64,000 bases of DNA from a virus (taxonomy: Duplodnaviria > Caudoviricetes): IMG/VR virus record IMGVR_UViG_3300046171_000068, positions 461-64,460 of that record; one strand, 5' to 3'. The translations under genes were made by a program, and so were the position numbers. Shown one piece after another: positions 19,253-27,367 of this stretch. Positions within the stretch are counted from its first letter, which is position 1; each line of letters starts with the position of its first letter. A model generated the notes under the pieces. The model saw only the letters and a list, made by a program, of their open reading frames with translations. It searched no databases and was not told the DNA's origin.

Positions 19253-19541
19253 TCTCTCTCTCCTGTAATCTTTTCTTTTCTGCTGCGGCACGAGATTTAA
19301 GGTGTTGTAAATATTTTTCTCCATTCTTTCGATATCTCTCAATCATATACACTTGCATGGCGTAAGAAACGCCCCAAGGAAAACTACTATCACTTTCTTG
19401 ATGTGGTTTAGGTAAACTGTCTTCTATCTTATATAGTATACTTCTTTCTTCGTTAGTAAATCTAGTAGATGATTTAACAAGAGCGTGCCAATAAATTCTT
19501 TCATTACTAATTCCATTCTTAGCCCAATACTTTTTACTCAT
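19242..19541 (-). CDS. Hypothetical protein
   Basis: Overlap-coupled operon gene, conserved in copy B. Confidence 0.6.
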   Translation of the reverse strand: MSKKYWAKNGISNERIYWHALVKSSTRFTNEERSILYKIEDSLPKPHQESDSSFPWGVSYAMQVYMIERYRKNGEKYLQHLKSRAAAEKKRLQERENES

Positions 19542-19770
19542 CAGCTTTCCATATTCTATATTTCTCTCTAGCTAATGTTCTAAATCTACATGGTATACTA
19601 TTCCTCCAGGCATACTTTCTAACAGAATCTACTATATTGTAATCGTATACAACAAAAGATTCTCCTTCTTTCATTAATATAAAAGCATCAACATATTCTT
19701 TGTACTTCCATGGCCTTCCACCCTGTTTCCCAGGCACAGGAATATTACTATCTATTTTTATTTCTTGCAT
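19534..19770 (-). CDS. Small putative DNA-binding protein
   Basis: IKIDSNIPVP...KY...MKEGESF...YRIW pattern. Confidence 0.55.
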   Translation of the reverse strand: MQEIKIDSNIPVPGKQGGRPWKYKEYVDAFILMKEGESFVVYDYNIVDSVRKYAWRNSIPCRFRTLAREKYRIWKADE

Positions 19771-20153
19771 CTTTTACCCATGTTTAATAAAAATTCTTGA
19801 AATAAATCTACTTTAATTTCTTTATGTTTTTTGTTTGGTTTTTTATTATCAGCAACTCTTTGCTCATCCACTCTTTTTTCTATTGGCATTCCATGTAATA
19901 TTTTTAGTGCATCTACAGGCCTTTTAACAATGTAATACCATTTATAAAACTTTTTTCTAAACTGATACATGCCATCGGTAATTAAATTGTTCTCAACCAA
20001 GAACTTAAACATAGCTATTCTGCCATTGTAATTACAAATGATATCTATAAGACAGTCATCGCCTTTGGTAAAGTGAACTATAACTCCTTTATCAGTTAAG
20101 TTTTTCTTTACAGACTTCTTTAAACTCTCGAAGTAGTTCTTGTTGTCTTCCAA
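19758..20153 (-). CDS. VRR-NUC-like protein, apparently degenerate
   Basis: DCLIDIICNYNGRIAMFKFL resembles G.PDL...G...F.EVK without the E-x-K. Confidence 0.4.
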   Translation of the reverse strand: MEDNKNYFESLKKSVKKNLTDKGVIVHFTKGDDCLIDIICNYNGRIAMFKFLVENNLITDGMYQFRKKFYKWYYIVKRPVDALKILHGMPIEKRVDEQRVADNKKPNKKHKEIKVDLFQEFLLNMGKRCKK

Positions 20154-20382
20154 ATTTATCCTCCCATGTACGGGTTCCTAGAGTGTGTATACCCTCTCCT
20201 CCTTGATGATGATGATGACAAAGGGGTATAAAGTCATCACTTTTCAACGCCATGCCAGCACCAGTTATGTGATGAATGCATGGTTGAGTATACACACCAT
20301 ATTTATTCTTACATACAATACAGCCATAATCGACAGCTAGTTCATATAATCGTCTTGTAGCTTTATTAGGTTTCTTCGCCAT
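20092..20382 (-). CDS. Ref/DUF968-like HNH-type nuclease
   Basis: GCIVC...IHHITGAGM...IPLCHHHH...GIH. Confidence 0.75.
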   Translation of the reverse strand: MAKKPNKATRRLYELAVDYGCIVCKNKYGVYTQPCIHHITGAGMALKSDDFIPLCHHHHQGGEGIHTLGTRTWEDKFGRQQELLREFKEVCKEKLN

Positions 20383-20752
20383 TTATAAAGAAGTCCATAA
20401 CATCTTTTACTTTTACAAGCATACCTTTAGATGTATTTTCATCTCCCCCTTGTATCAACTTACCCTTTCTTGCTATCTTTTTCATGTCTTCAATAGGCAC
20501 AGTTAGTGTAAAACATAACTTGTTTCCTTTATAAAATGATACTACCCAATGTTCTGCATGTGTTGTAGCAATACCACTTTTCTTACCTCTAGATTCAAAC
20601 TCAACAAACATGTTGCCAGTCTTGGCCCATTGGTCTCTCTCAGCTTTACATTCAGTCTTGCCTTCAATTAAGTCATGCATTACTTTCCCATAAAACTTTT
20701 CAGATATTACTCCAAAATCTAAATCATATTTAAAGTCGTTGTTATGTTTCAC
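20366..20752 (-). CDS. PD-(D/E)XK-like nuclease
   Basis: FKYDLDFG...TECK...TGNMFVEFESRGKKSGIATT. Confidence 0.65.
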   Translation of the reverse strand: MKHNNDFKYDLDFGVISEKFYGKVMHDLIEGKTECKAERDQWAKTGNMFVEFESRGKKSGIATTHAEHWVVSFYKGNKLCFTLTVPIEDMKKIARKGKLIQGGDENTSKGMLVKVKDVMDFFINGEET

Positions 20753-21102
20753 GATAGGTCTCCATATAGTTTTTTCTCTCCCCTGATATTGGCAGAGTTA
20801 GTTCTAAATAAATTACAAGCGGTTTCGATACTGCTGATATGGTGGCGCAAAGACAAATACTTTTTCTTTTGCTCTTTAATCAAAGGTATATATTTAACTA
20901 CATCCTTATGTGATTCAGCCATTGATTCTCTATCTCTTACAGTTAAACCTTGGCCTTTAGTCTCCAAAAATACTGTAGCTTTAGTTATCTTATGCATAGA
21001 TTCTAGATATTGATATTGAGCTTCAGCTTCAGCAAGTTCAGCACCTTTTTCTCTAATCTCTATCACAGCTTTCTCTAATTCTTCTTCACCTAGTCTTATC
21101 AT
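20749..21102 (-). CDS. Helical hypothetical protein
   Basis: Start at MIRLGEEE; conserved in copy B. Confidence 0.6.
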   Translation of the reverse strand: MIRLGEEELEKAVIEIREKGAELAEAEAQYQYLESMHKITKATVFLETKGQGLTVRDRESMAESHKDVVKYIPLIKEQKKKYLSLRHHISSIETACNLFRTNSANIRGEKKLYGDLS

Positions 21103-21208
21103 TCTTTTTTTCCTTTTTTTCTTTTTTTCTAAATATATTGTCGTAGTTATCCCCATATTTCTTTGGGTCAACAGGCCTATATCTATCGCCTTTACCAGCT
21201 TGCAACAT
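21086..21208 (-). CDS. 40-aa basic protein (not in ORF track)
   Basis: MLQAGKGDRYRPVDPKKYGDNYDNIF...; coupled to neighbours; conserved at 59010-59132. Confidence 0.6.
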   Translation of the reverse strand: MLQAGKGDRYRPVDPKKYGDNYDNIFRKKEKKEKKNDKTR

Positions 21209-21657
21209 TATTTATTACCTATTAGTTTTGTTTTTAATTTATCGGGAAGAGCGGCAAAAGTCTCCTTACTACCTTCTTCTAAATATAGCTGTACAAACTT
21301 ATCTTCCAGCTTTTTAGTTTGATATTCAGATAACTTATGCATCTCTAACCCGCCTAATCTATTGTATATAGCCTTAGCTTTCTCATCTTTAACATCTTTA
21401 CGTTTGAAGAAATCATTAAACATAACTCTTATGGTATCTTCTGATGTTTTCAGAAACTTAGATAGATGACATATTTGTGGTTTCCACTCGCCATCATCAG
21501 TTTCACAATGCAAAAGAAGGGCAGACATACAATCATCTAAATCATACTTTTGTAAACTTAGCCAAAACATACCACGCTGCACGTTATTTATCTTAGCTTG
21601 TTTAGGATATGTATTCTCAATCACATCCATGAAAGAATTAAACTCCCTCTGATTCAT
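21208..21657 (-). CDS. Helicase loader/inhibitor-like replication protein (G39P/DUF6475-like)
   Basis: F...I..TYP...FW.SL..YDLDDC..AL..H....GEWKP. Confidence 0.55.
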   Translation of the reverse strand: MNQREFNSFMDVIENTYPKQAKINNVQRGMFWLSLQKYDLDDCMSALLLHCETDDGEWKPQICHLSKFLKTSEDTIRVMFNDFFKRKDVKDEKAKAIYNRLGGLEMHKLSEYQTKKLEDKFVQLYLEEGSKETFAALPDKLKTKLIGNK

Positions 21658-21877
21658 CTTTCTTTCGCTCCATCATTTCATGCATTCTCTCTATTTCACC
21701 ATCTATAGATTGTTCAACAATTTGTTCGAATTTATCACAAAAATAAATAACGAGACTTACTGTACTATTTATAGATTTATCAACAATATCTGTTTCTTTT
21801 TTTTGTTTTATTGATTCACAATACTCCTTTACTTCTTTGTATGCTTTTATCATTCCATTCATTTCATCTATACTCAT
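21638..21877 (-). CDS. Hypothetical protein, first gene of leftward operon
   Basis: GAGG RBS; replaced by a mostly unrelated ORF (59562-59699) in copy B. Confidence 0.55.
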   Translation of the reverse strand: MSIDEMNGMIKAYKEVKEYCESIKQKKETDIVDKSINSTVSLVIYFCDKFEQIVEQSIDGEIERMHEMMERKKDESEGV

Positions 21878-21905
21878 TTTGTACCTCACTTGTTATTTAA
21901 TGTGA

Positions 21906-21963
21906 TTATATATGTGGTTATTTCAATAATCAACTTGTTTTTGAAATAATTTATGATTATAAT
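21906..21963. promoter_or_regulatory. Back-to-back sigma70 promoters
   Basis: Minus: TTGATT-17-TATAAT; plus: TTGTTT-17-TATAAT; at the strand switch. Confidence 0.7.
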
Positions 21964-21993
21964 ATGGACATGAAAACAATATTGGAGGTCAAT

Positions 21994-22545
21994 ATGACAA
22001 AAAACACATACAAAGAGGTAGCTGACACCTTATCTAAGGTAGATATAACAGGTATGGTTGAGACTAAAGGTAGATATTCTTATTTACCATGGGCTTACGC
22101 AGACCAAATCATGTTACATTTCTATCCTGAATATCAGGTTAAATGGTTTGCCCCTGAAAAATACGAAGATGGCACAATGCTACTCAAATGCATAGTACAT
22201 ATAGGTAACTTACATAAAGAAGCATTCTTGCCTGTTTATGACAATAGTTACAATGCTATATCTAATCCAAATGCAAGTGACATACAAGATAACATGCAAC
22301 GATGCATGGTAAAAGCATTCGCTAAGTTTGGACTAGGTCTATCTTTATATCAGAATGGCTCAACAACACCTAACAAGTTACCATTCTTACCTAAAGAAGA
22401 GACTAAAGTAACTGATGACAACCTTGTAGCAATACAAAATGCTAAAGATGTTGAGAAAGAAATAGAAAATCAATTAAAAACAGGAGGTATTGCAGATGGT
22501 AGAACCGATGAAAAACAGTTCGGCAAAGTCTTACAATCTTCGTAG
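21994..22545 (+). CDS. Sak/Rad52-like single-strand annealing protein (DUF1071)
   Basis: ETKGRYSYLPWAYA...LPVYD...QRCMVKAFAKFGLGLSLY. Confidence 0.85.
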   Translation: MTKNTYKEVADTLSKVDITGMVETKGRYSYLPWAYADQIMLHFYPEYQVKWFAPEKYEDGTMLLKCIVHIGNLHKEAFLPVYDNSYNAISNPNASDIQDNMQRCMVKAFAKFGLGLSLYQNGSTTPNKLPFLPKEETKVTDDNLVAIQNAKDVEKEIENQLKTGGIADGRTDEKQFGKVLQSS

Positions 22546-23152
22546 CTCAATGTTTAAGGCCTATGCATTTGGCATGGACACTAAACGTGAAGAGCAATTG
22601 AAGTTAGACTTGGCTGGCGAGGTCAAAGAAATACCGCAAGAAATGATGTGCTATGTAAACTACGGCACCGAGCATGAAACATGTGGTATTGGTAAATGGA
22701 TATTAGTTAACAAGATGGCTGCTAGAGATTATGGCGACAATCAACAAAACTATGTTATCCAGGACTGGCTAAACCTAAAAGAAGATACTGTAGTAGATAT
22801 CAGTACAACGCCCGATGGCATCAGCAAGGACCAATCTACATTAATTGAAGTGAAGTGCAGCAACATGGGAAAAACTAATTATAAAGAGTTCCCAAAGCGC
22901 TATTTACCACAGATTGCAGGCCAAATGATGATATTGAACATGCTAGGCATACCTGTTGAGCAAGTAGATTTAGTCAATTGGACACCAATTAAGACTAAGA
23001 TATGGAGATTCGAGAAAGATAAAGATTATGAGAGATATCTTATCGACCACCTAGAAGAGTATAGTCTTGCACTCTTGAGCAAAAAGGATTTGCCTGAGAA
23101 GAAAAGAAGGTACACAAAAAAACTAAAATTTGACCTTATCTACGGAGGATAA
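22490..23152 (+). CDS. YqaJ/lambda-type exonuclease
   Basis: YGTEHE...STTPDG...LIEVKC...YLPQIAGQM. Confidence 0.85.
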   Translation: MQMVEPMKNSSAKSYNLRSSMFKAYAFGMDTKREEQLKLDLAGEVKEIPQEMMCYVNYGTEHETCGIGKWILVNKMAARDYGDNQQNYVIQDWLNLKEDTVVDISTTPDGISKDQSTLIEVKCSNMGKTNYKEFPKRYLPQIAGQMMILNMLGIPVEQVDLVNWTPIKTKIWRFEKDKDYERYLIDHLEEYSLALLSKKDLPEKKRRYTKKLKFDLIYGG

Positions 23153-23153
23153 T

Positions 23154-23495
23154 ATGGCAAAACAATACATAAATATATTTATAAATGACAGGACATATGG
23201 AGATGAAACCGATGCTTTTTATAAGAAAATAGAAGGTATACAGGCGGTAAAAACATATGCGCCACCTTTTCTAAGCAACCCTAAGTTCGTTGCTAAAGAA
23301 GACATAATCATACCTAAAGGTGAGACTATGGATGTTACCCTATGGTTTAATGAGCGTGATGGCAGAAGAAATGCAAGTATCTGTATTAAACCTGCAGAAG
23401 ATACAGGCAAATACAATAAGGCCAAGGAAGATATTAAAACAATAGAAAGCGTTTTTAATGATGACATCATAAAAGACGAAGACATACCATTCTAA
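23154..23495 (+). CDS. Single-stranded DNA-binding protein-like
   Basis: Follows SSAP/exo; acidic DEDIPF C-tail. Confidence 0.7.
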   Translation: MAKQYINIFINDRTYGDETDAFYKKIEGIQAVKTYAPPFLSNPKFVAKEDIIIPKGETMDVTLWFNERDGRRNASICIKPAEDTGKYNKAKEDIKTIESVFNDDIIKDEDIPF

Positions 23496-23504
23496 GGAGG
23501 ACAT

Positions 23505-23801
23505 ATGAGTAAATACGACCCTGATTATTATGATAAAAACAAAGACAAAATGAAATCTAGTAACAAAATGTGGTACGAGAAAAACAAAGCAGCTATTCTT
23601 ACCAAAATGCGGGAGAAAAGACTCAACAGAACTGATGAGGAAATCCAGCAAACAAAAGAAAAGCGCAAAGAGTACTACGAAAAGAATAAGGAATCATTCT
23701 TAAATTACAGTAGAAATAAATACCAAGAGCAGAAAGCTAAGATGGCCGAGCTTGAGGAAAAAGTTAAACAAATGGAGGCAAACAATGCTAGAGAAGATTA
23801 G
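23505..23801 (+). CDS. Charged helical hypothetical protein
   Basis: YYEKNK repeats; AGGAGG RBS; conserved in copy B. Confidence 0.65.
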   Translation: MSKYDPDYYDKNKDKMKSSNKMWYEKNKAAILTKMREKRLNRTDEEIQQTKEKRKEYYEKNKESFLNYSRNKYQEQKAKMAELEEKVKQMEANNARED

Positions 23802-23886
23802 AGAAATTTGCTACAATGCACCTGACTGGGTACAAGGGATACTAATCATAAGCGTGATAGCTATCTTTTGGGACTTAGTCTTGTAA
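23785..23886 (+). CDS. 33-aa single-TM peptide
   Basis: GGAGG RBS; MLEKIREICYNAPDWVQGILIISVIAIFWDLVL; identical at 61607-61708. Confidence 0.55.
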   Translation: MLEKIREICYNAPDWVQGILIISVIAIFWDLVL

Positions 23887-23903
23887 ATCATTTTGTTTAT
23901 CTC

Positions 23904-23943
23904 GGGGAGGGTGAAATTCCCTTCCCTTCCTTCCCTTCCTTCC
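23904..23943 (+). terminator. Hairpin followed by CT-rich tract at operon end
   Basis: GGGGAGGG-TGAAATT-CCCTTCCC then CTTCC repeats; no classic U-run. Confidence 0.45.
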
Positions 23944-24127
23944 ATACAAACACAAATATTAATGCATTAGTATATTAGCAAATACTAATATAGACCTATA
24001 TTATGCATTAGAATATTCTAATATTCTTATTTAGAATCATTCTAGAAATCTATATAAAAATAATTGTTTTTTTTTTATAAAAGTATGCTAAAGTTTCTAT
24101 ATGAAACTTAATAAAGAGGCATACAAA

Positions 24128-24517
24128 ATGAAAAACAAATATTATATTTTAGATTCACATTATAAAAACGATAACACACCCGAATTTGGGTTCGGTGATT
24201 TCCCACAGAAAACAAGATATGTTAAATGTATTGTTTTTGCGGAAACTAAAAGAAAAGCACAAAACATTTTCAAAAAACATTACGGAAAAGATAAAACTTT
24301 TGGCGGCTATTTCGGATATCAAATTGAAGATGAAAGCGAAAATTTTACCAATATAACATTGAACCGCACGGGCAACGCCTTAACAGATACATTTCCTACA
24401 TTAAAGGAAGTTTTTACATCTGAGTTTAAGACATTGCCACATACAATAGATTTATCTGTATTGCCTTATGAAATGTCAAAAGAAGTAGAAAAACAATATG
24501 AAGGGGGCGAAAAATGA
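24128..24517 (+). CDS. Early hypothetical protein (variable slot)
   Basis: After promoter and AAAGAGG RBS; unrelated gene in same slot of B (61947). Confidence 0.6.
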   Translation: MKNKYYILDSHYKNDNTPEFGFGDFPQKTRYVKCIVFAETKRKAQNIFKKHYGKDKTFGGYFGYQIEDESENFTNITLNRTGNALTDTFPTLKEVFTSEFKTLPHTIDLSVLPYEMSKEVEKQYEGGEK

Positions 24518-25261
24518 CAAGTACAATTATATATAAAGGGCCTAGTTTGATAGATAATAAACCTATAGTTGTTATATATCAGCCGCAAGGACGAAACCCT
24601 AAAATTGGTGATATGGCACAAACTTGGATTATTAGAAGTGACATTGACCCGATAACCGCAAACCGCACGGGCCAAGATTATTCTATTTGCGGAAATTGCC
24701 CACATAAAGGAATAGTTGACCCGCAAAAGAAAAAAGGAATGGCTCCAGAGCGTTCATGTTATGTCAATCCAATGGCACCGCTTTCAGTTTATAAAGCTTA
24801 TAAGAAGGGGAATTATAAAAAGCTCAATTATGGCAGTAACTTGCACCCGCTGGCAATGCTGGGGGCTGGCCAGGATATCCGCCTAGGCTCTTATGGTGAC
24901 CCTGCAGCCGTTCCCGCTAAGGTATGGGAAGGCCTTCTAAGGTTCGCAAAATCTCACACGGGCTACACTCACCAGGCAAATATAAAAACATCTTCATATG
25001 ATTACATTAAAAATATATTAATGACATCATGCGAAACACTAGAGCAAGCCCGCAAGGCGTGGGATAAAGGCCTAAGAACCTTTAGAACCATTCTAGATAT
25101 ATCAGAAATATCAGATAATGAAAAAACTATGCCCCGCAACGCTTGAAGGCTCAAAAACAACCTGCGAAAAGTGTAATAAATGCAATGGGGATAATACCTT
25201 CAAATCTATTGCCATAGTAGTCCACGGAAACGGGGCAAAATACGCAAGGGGGCAAGCATGA
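24514..25261 (+). CDS. Cys-rich conserved phage protein, probable Fe-S/radical-SAM-like (frameshift ~25125)
   Basis: ICGNCPH...SCYV...RLGSYGDP...GYTHQ...CP..C..C..C; intact at 62192-62938. Confidence 0.6.
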
Positions 25262-25264
25262 CAA

Positions 25265-25327
25265 ATGATTGATATTATATATATGTTACTAGTTATATTA
25301 TTTATGATATTTCTAGCTACTGATTAA
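25265..25327 (+). CDS. 20-aa hydrophobic peptide
   Basis: MIDIIYMLLVILFMIFLATD after AAGGGGG. Confidence 0.4.
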   Translation: MIDIIYMLLVILFMIFLATD

Positions 25328-25573
25328 AAAATATATAAAAATAAATGTTTTTTTTATAAAAAGTATGGTACTTTAATTATATGAAAACAAACAAAAAGGA
25401 AAACAAATTGAAGGAGGCAAGACAATAAAGACCAATAAATTAATAGCTAAAAGGTAGATAGTTGTTAGAGATGGTTGGTTATTCTTAGCCCTTGAAAGCC
25501 AACAAAACCTGTTCCAAGATGGCTATGTATGGAGGAAAACTAACACTTATCTGCCAAGAGTATAAAGTAAATT

Positions 25574-25599
25574 AGCCCGCACAAAATAGCGGGCTTTTT
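25574..25599 (+). terminator. Rho-independent terminator
   Basis: AGCCCGC-loop-GCGGGCT-TTTT; stem kept with different loop at 63139. Confidence 0.85.
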
Positions 25600-26105
25600 A
25601 GTGCCTATCTATATTAGAATCTACTAATATTCTTATACAAGTAAAATAAAAATCTGATGGCGGGGAAAAGTCCTAAATGCCTTATTCTATATACACATAT
25701 ACTACTATAGTAAGCAGAAATAGCCTTTTTTGAGGGTTTTACAAATCACACGCACACAATACTAGATAAGGAATAGACGTTCCTAATAGCACACACACAC
25801 GCCTTTTTTAGCCAATTCAGTACATTACCATATACTAATATAGCCCTTAGAATAACAATCATAAAAATAAATAAAATACAATCTTGTTTTTTGTATATAT
25901 TTATGCTAGCCTTCTATTAGTATATTAGGAACTACTAATATTATAATATAAGCACATACTAATATTCCCTTCCATTTCCAAGATGGGCTCCCTTCCCTTC
26001 ATAGGATAGGGGGAAAGAAAAAAAAGATGCTGGTTAAGGAATATTAACACCCGCTAATATTAGTTTATTAGTATATTCAGATATACTTATATATAAAAAT
26101 AGATG

Positions 26106-26148
26106 TTGACATAACCTTATCCTGTCATATAATAGGTGGGCGGGCGGG
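26106..26148 (+). promoter_or_regulatory. Sigma70 promoter followed by G-tract
   Basis: TTGACA-16-TATAAT-AGGTGGGCGGGCGGG. Confidence 0.7.
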
Positions 26149-26272
26149 ATAATAGATATATATATATAATAGATATATATCTATATATACGCACACACAA
26201 TATATATTAAAATAAATACTTGTTATTAATATTATTATTTGTTATTGTATATACATACCAGCAATAAAGCTG

Positions 26273-26713
26273 GTGGAGAAAAACAAAATGAACCACAAAA
26301 TAAAAAACTTTCTTACATTCGGACTATATGACAGATTAGTCAAAGCTGAATGTGAGGTTATAAATCTTAAAAGTAAAATAAGCGACTTGGACATTCAATC
26401 TACAGTTGAAGACATAATACGCAATGATGGCATAGTTGATGATGAAATCAGAAACAACTTTAGTCCTAGTGATTATGATTTAGTAACAACTGATGATTAT
26501 GACTTTGACACCTTCATGAATGATGATGAAGTGGCTAGAGTTGTTGAAAATGAAATGGAAGATTACAGAGAAAAAATCGACCAAGATATCAGAGACAACA
26601 TCAGTGAAATGCAAGGACGTTTCATCAAGGACACAGTCAAGGAGATATGTACTGAAATGCTAGTTGATTGGTGTACCAGGACTGCAGAGGCGGCAAACAA
26701 AAACAAGGAGTAA
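26273..26713 (+). CDS. Acidic early hypothetical protein (likely start 26288)
   Basis: GGAG RBS; very Asp/Glu-rich; absent from copy B. Confidence 0.6.
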   Translation: MEKNKMNHKIKNFLTFGLYDRLVKAECEVINLKSKISDLDIQSTVEDIIRNDGIVDDEIRNNFSPSDYDLVTTDDYDFDTFMNDDEVARVVENEMEDYREKIDQDIRDNISEMQGRFIKDTVKEICTEMLVDWCTRTAEAANKNKE

Positions 26714-26722
26714 TTTTCTCCA

Positions 26723-26749
26723 TCACCCGAGCATGTGACTAAACTGCTC
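26723..26749 (+). ncRNA. Candidate 3'-UTR pseudoknot motif, copy 1
   Basis: CAC-CC-GAGCA-T-GTG-ACTAAAC-TGCTC. Confidence 0.55.
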
Positions 26750-26868
26750 AATACTCCCTCCCTCCCTTCAAATAAATAAAAAAAAACAAAACAAAATATC
26801 TTATTCTCACGCCCAACTATATTAGTATATTCTGATATTCTTATCTTCAATATATATAAAAATAATTC

Positions 26869-26912
26869 TTGACATATTATTGACTAGGATTTATCATAGG
26901 TGGGTGGGTGGG
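26869..26912 (+). promoter_or_regulatory. Sigma70 promoter followed by G-tract
   Basis: TTGACA-17-TATCAT-AGGTGGGTGGGTGGG. Confidence 0.65.
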
Positions 26913-27023
26913 ACAAAATCCCACTGATATTATCTACATATATTCATTTATAAATAATATTGACTTTTATATATAAAATATGCTATGGTGGTGGTGTACA
27001 AACAAACAAAGGAGAAAAACAAT

Positions 27024-27266
27024 ATGACACATACAATAATCGAACCAATGGGTGCTAAACTTAGCTTATTGAAAGCTGGTCTTAAAATGTATCTCAGTGG
27101 CTCTAAATTGAGATTAACCAGGACAATGACACCTAAAGCTATACTTAACCAAGTAGGCTCAATAACAGGTAAAGAATACAAGCTTAGTAAGAACCAGGCA
27201 CAGATAGCATTGGCTGATTTACAAGAACTTGTAGAGTTGTACAAAAGCAAAGGTTATTCAGTTTAG
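27024..27266 (+). CDS. Early hypothetical basic protein
   Basis: AAGGAG RBS before MTHTIIEP; absent from copy B. Confidence 0.6.
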   Translation: MTHTIIEPMGAKLSLLKAGLKMYLSGSKLRLTRTMTPKAILNQVGSITGKEYKLSKNQAQIALADLQELVELYKSKGYSV

Positions 27267-27274
27267 GAGTTAAT

Positions 27275-27334
27275 ATGCAATACATAACATTAATAATATT
27301 ATGGACAGCTATTTGGTACATAGCTATCTTATAA
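27275..27334 (+). CDS. 19-aa hydrophobic peptide
   Basis: AGGAG RBS; MQYITLIILWTAIWYIAIL. Confidence 0.5.
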   Translation: MQYITLIILWTAIWYIAIL

Positions 27335-27340
27335 ACCAGG

Positions 27341-27367
27341 CACCTAGGCAAGTGGATAAACTGCCTA
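27341..27367 (+). ncRNA. Candidate 3'-UTR pseudoknot motif, copy 2
   Basis: CAC-C-TAGGCA-A-GTG-GATAAAC-TGCCTA. Confidence 0.55.

Noticed and set aside
25381-25575. ORF of the extra A-specific cassette
   Set aside because: Promoter-like and leader sequences are present but all frames are interrupted; no product can be called.
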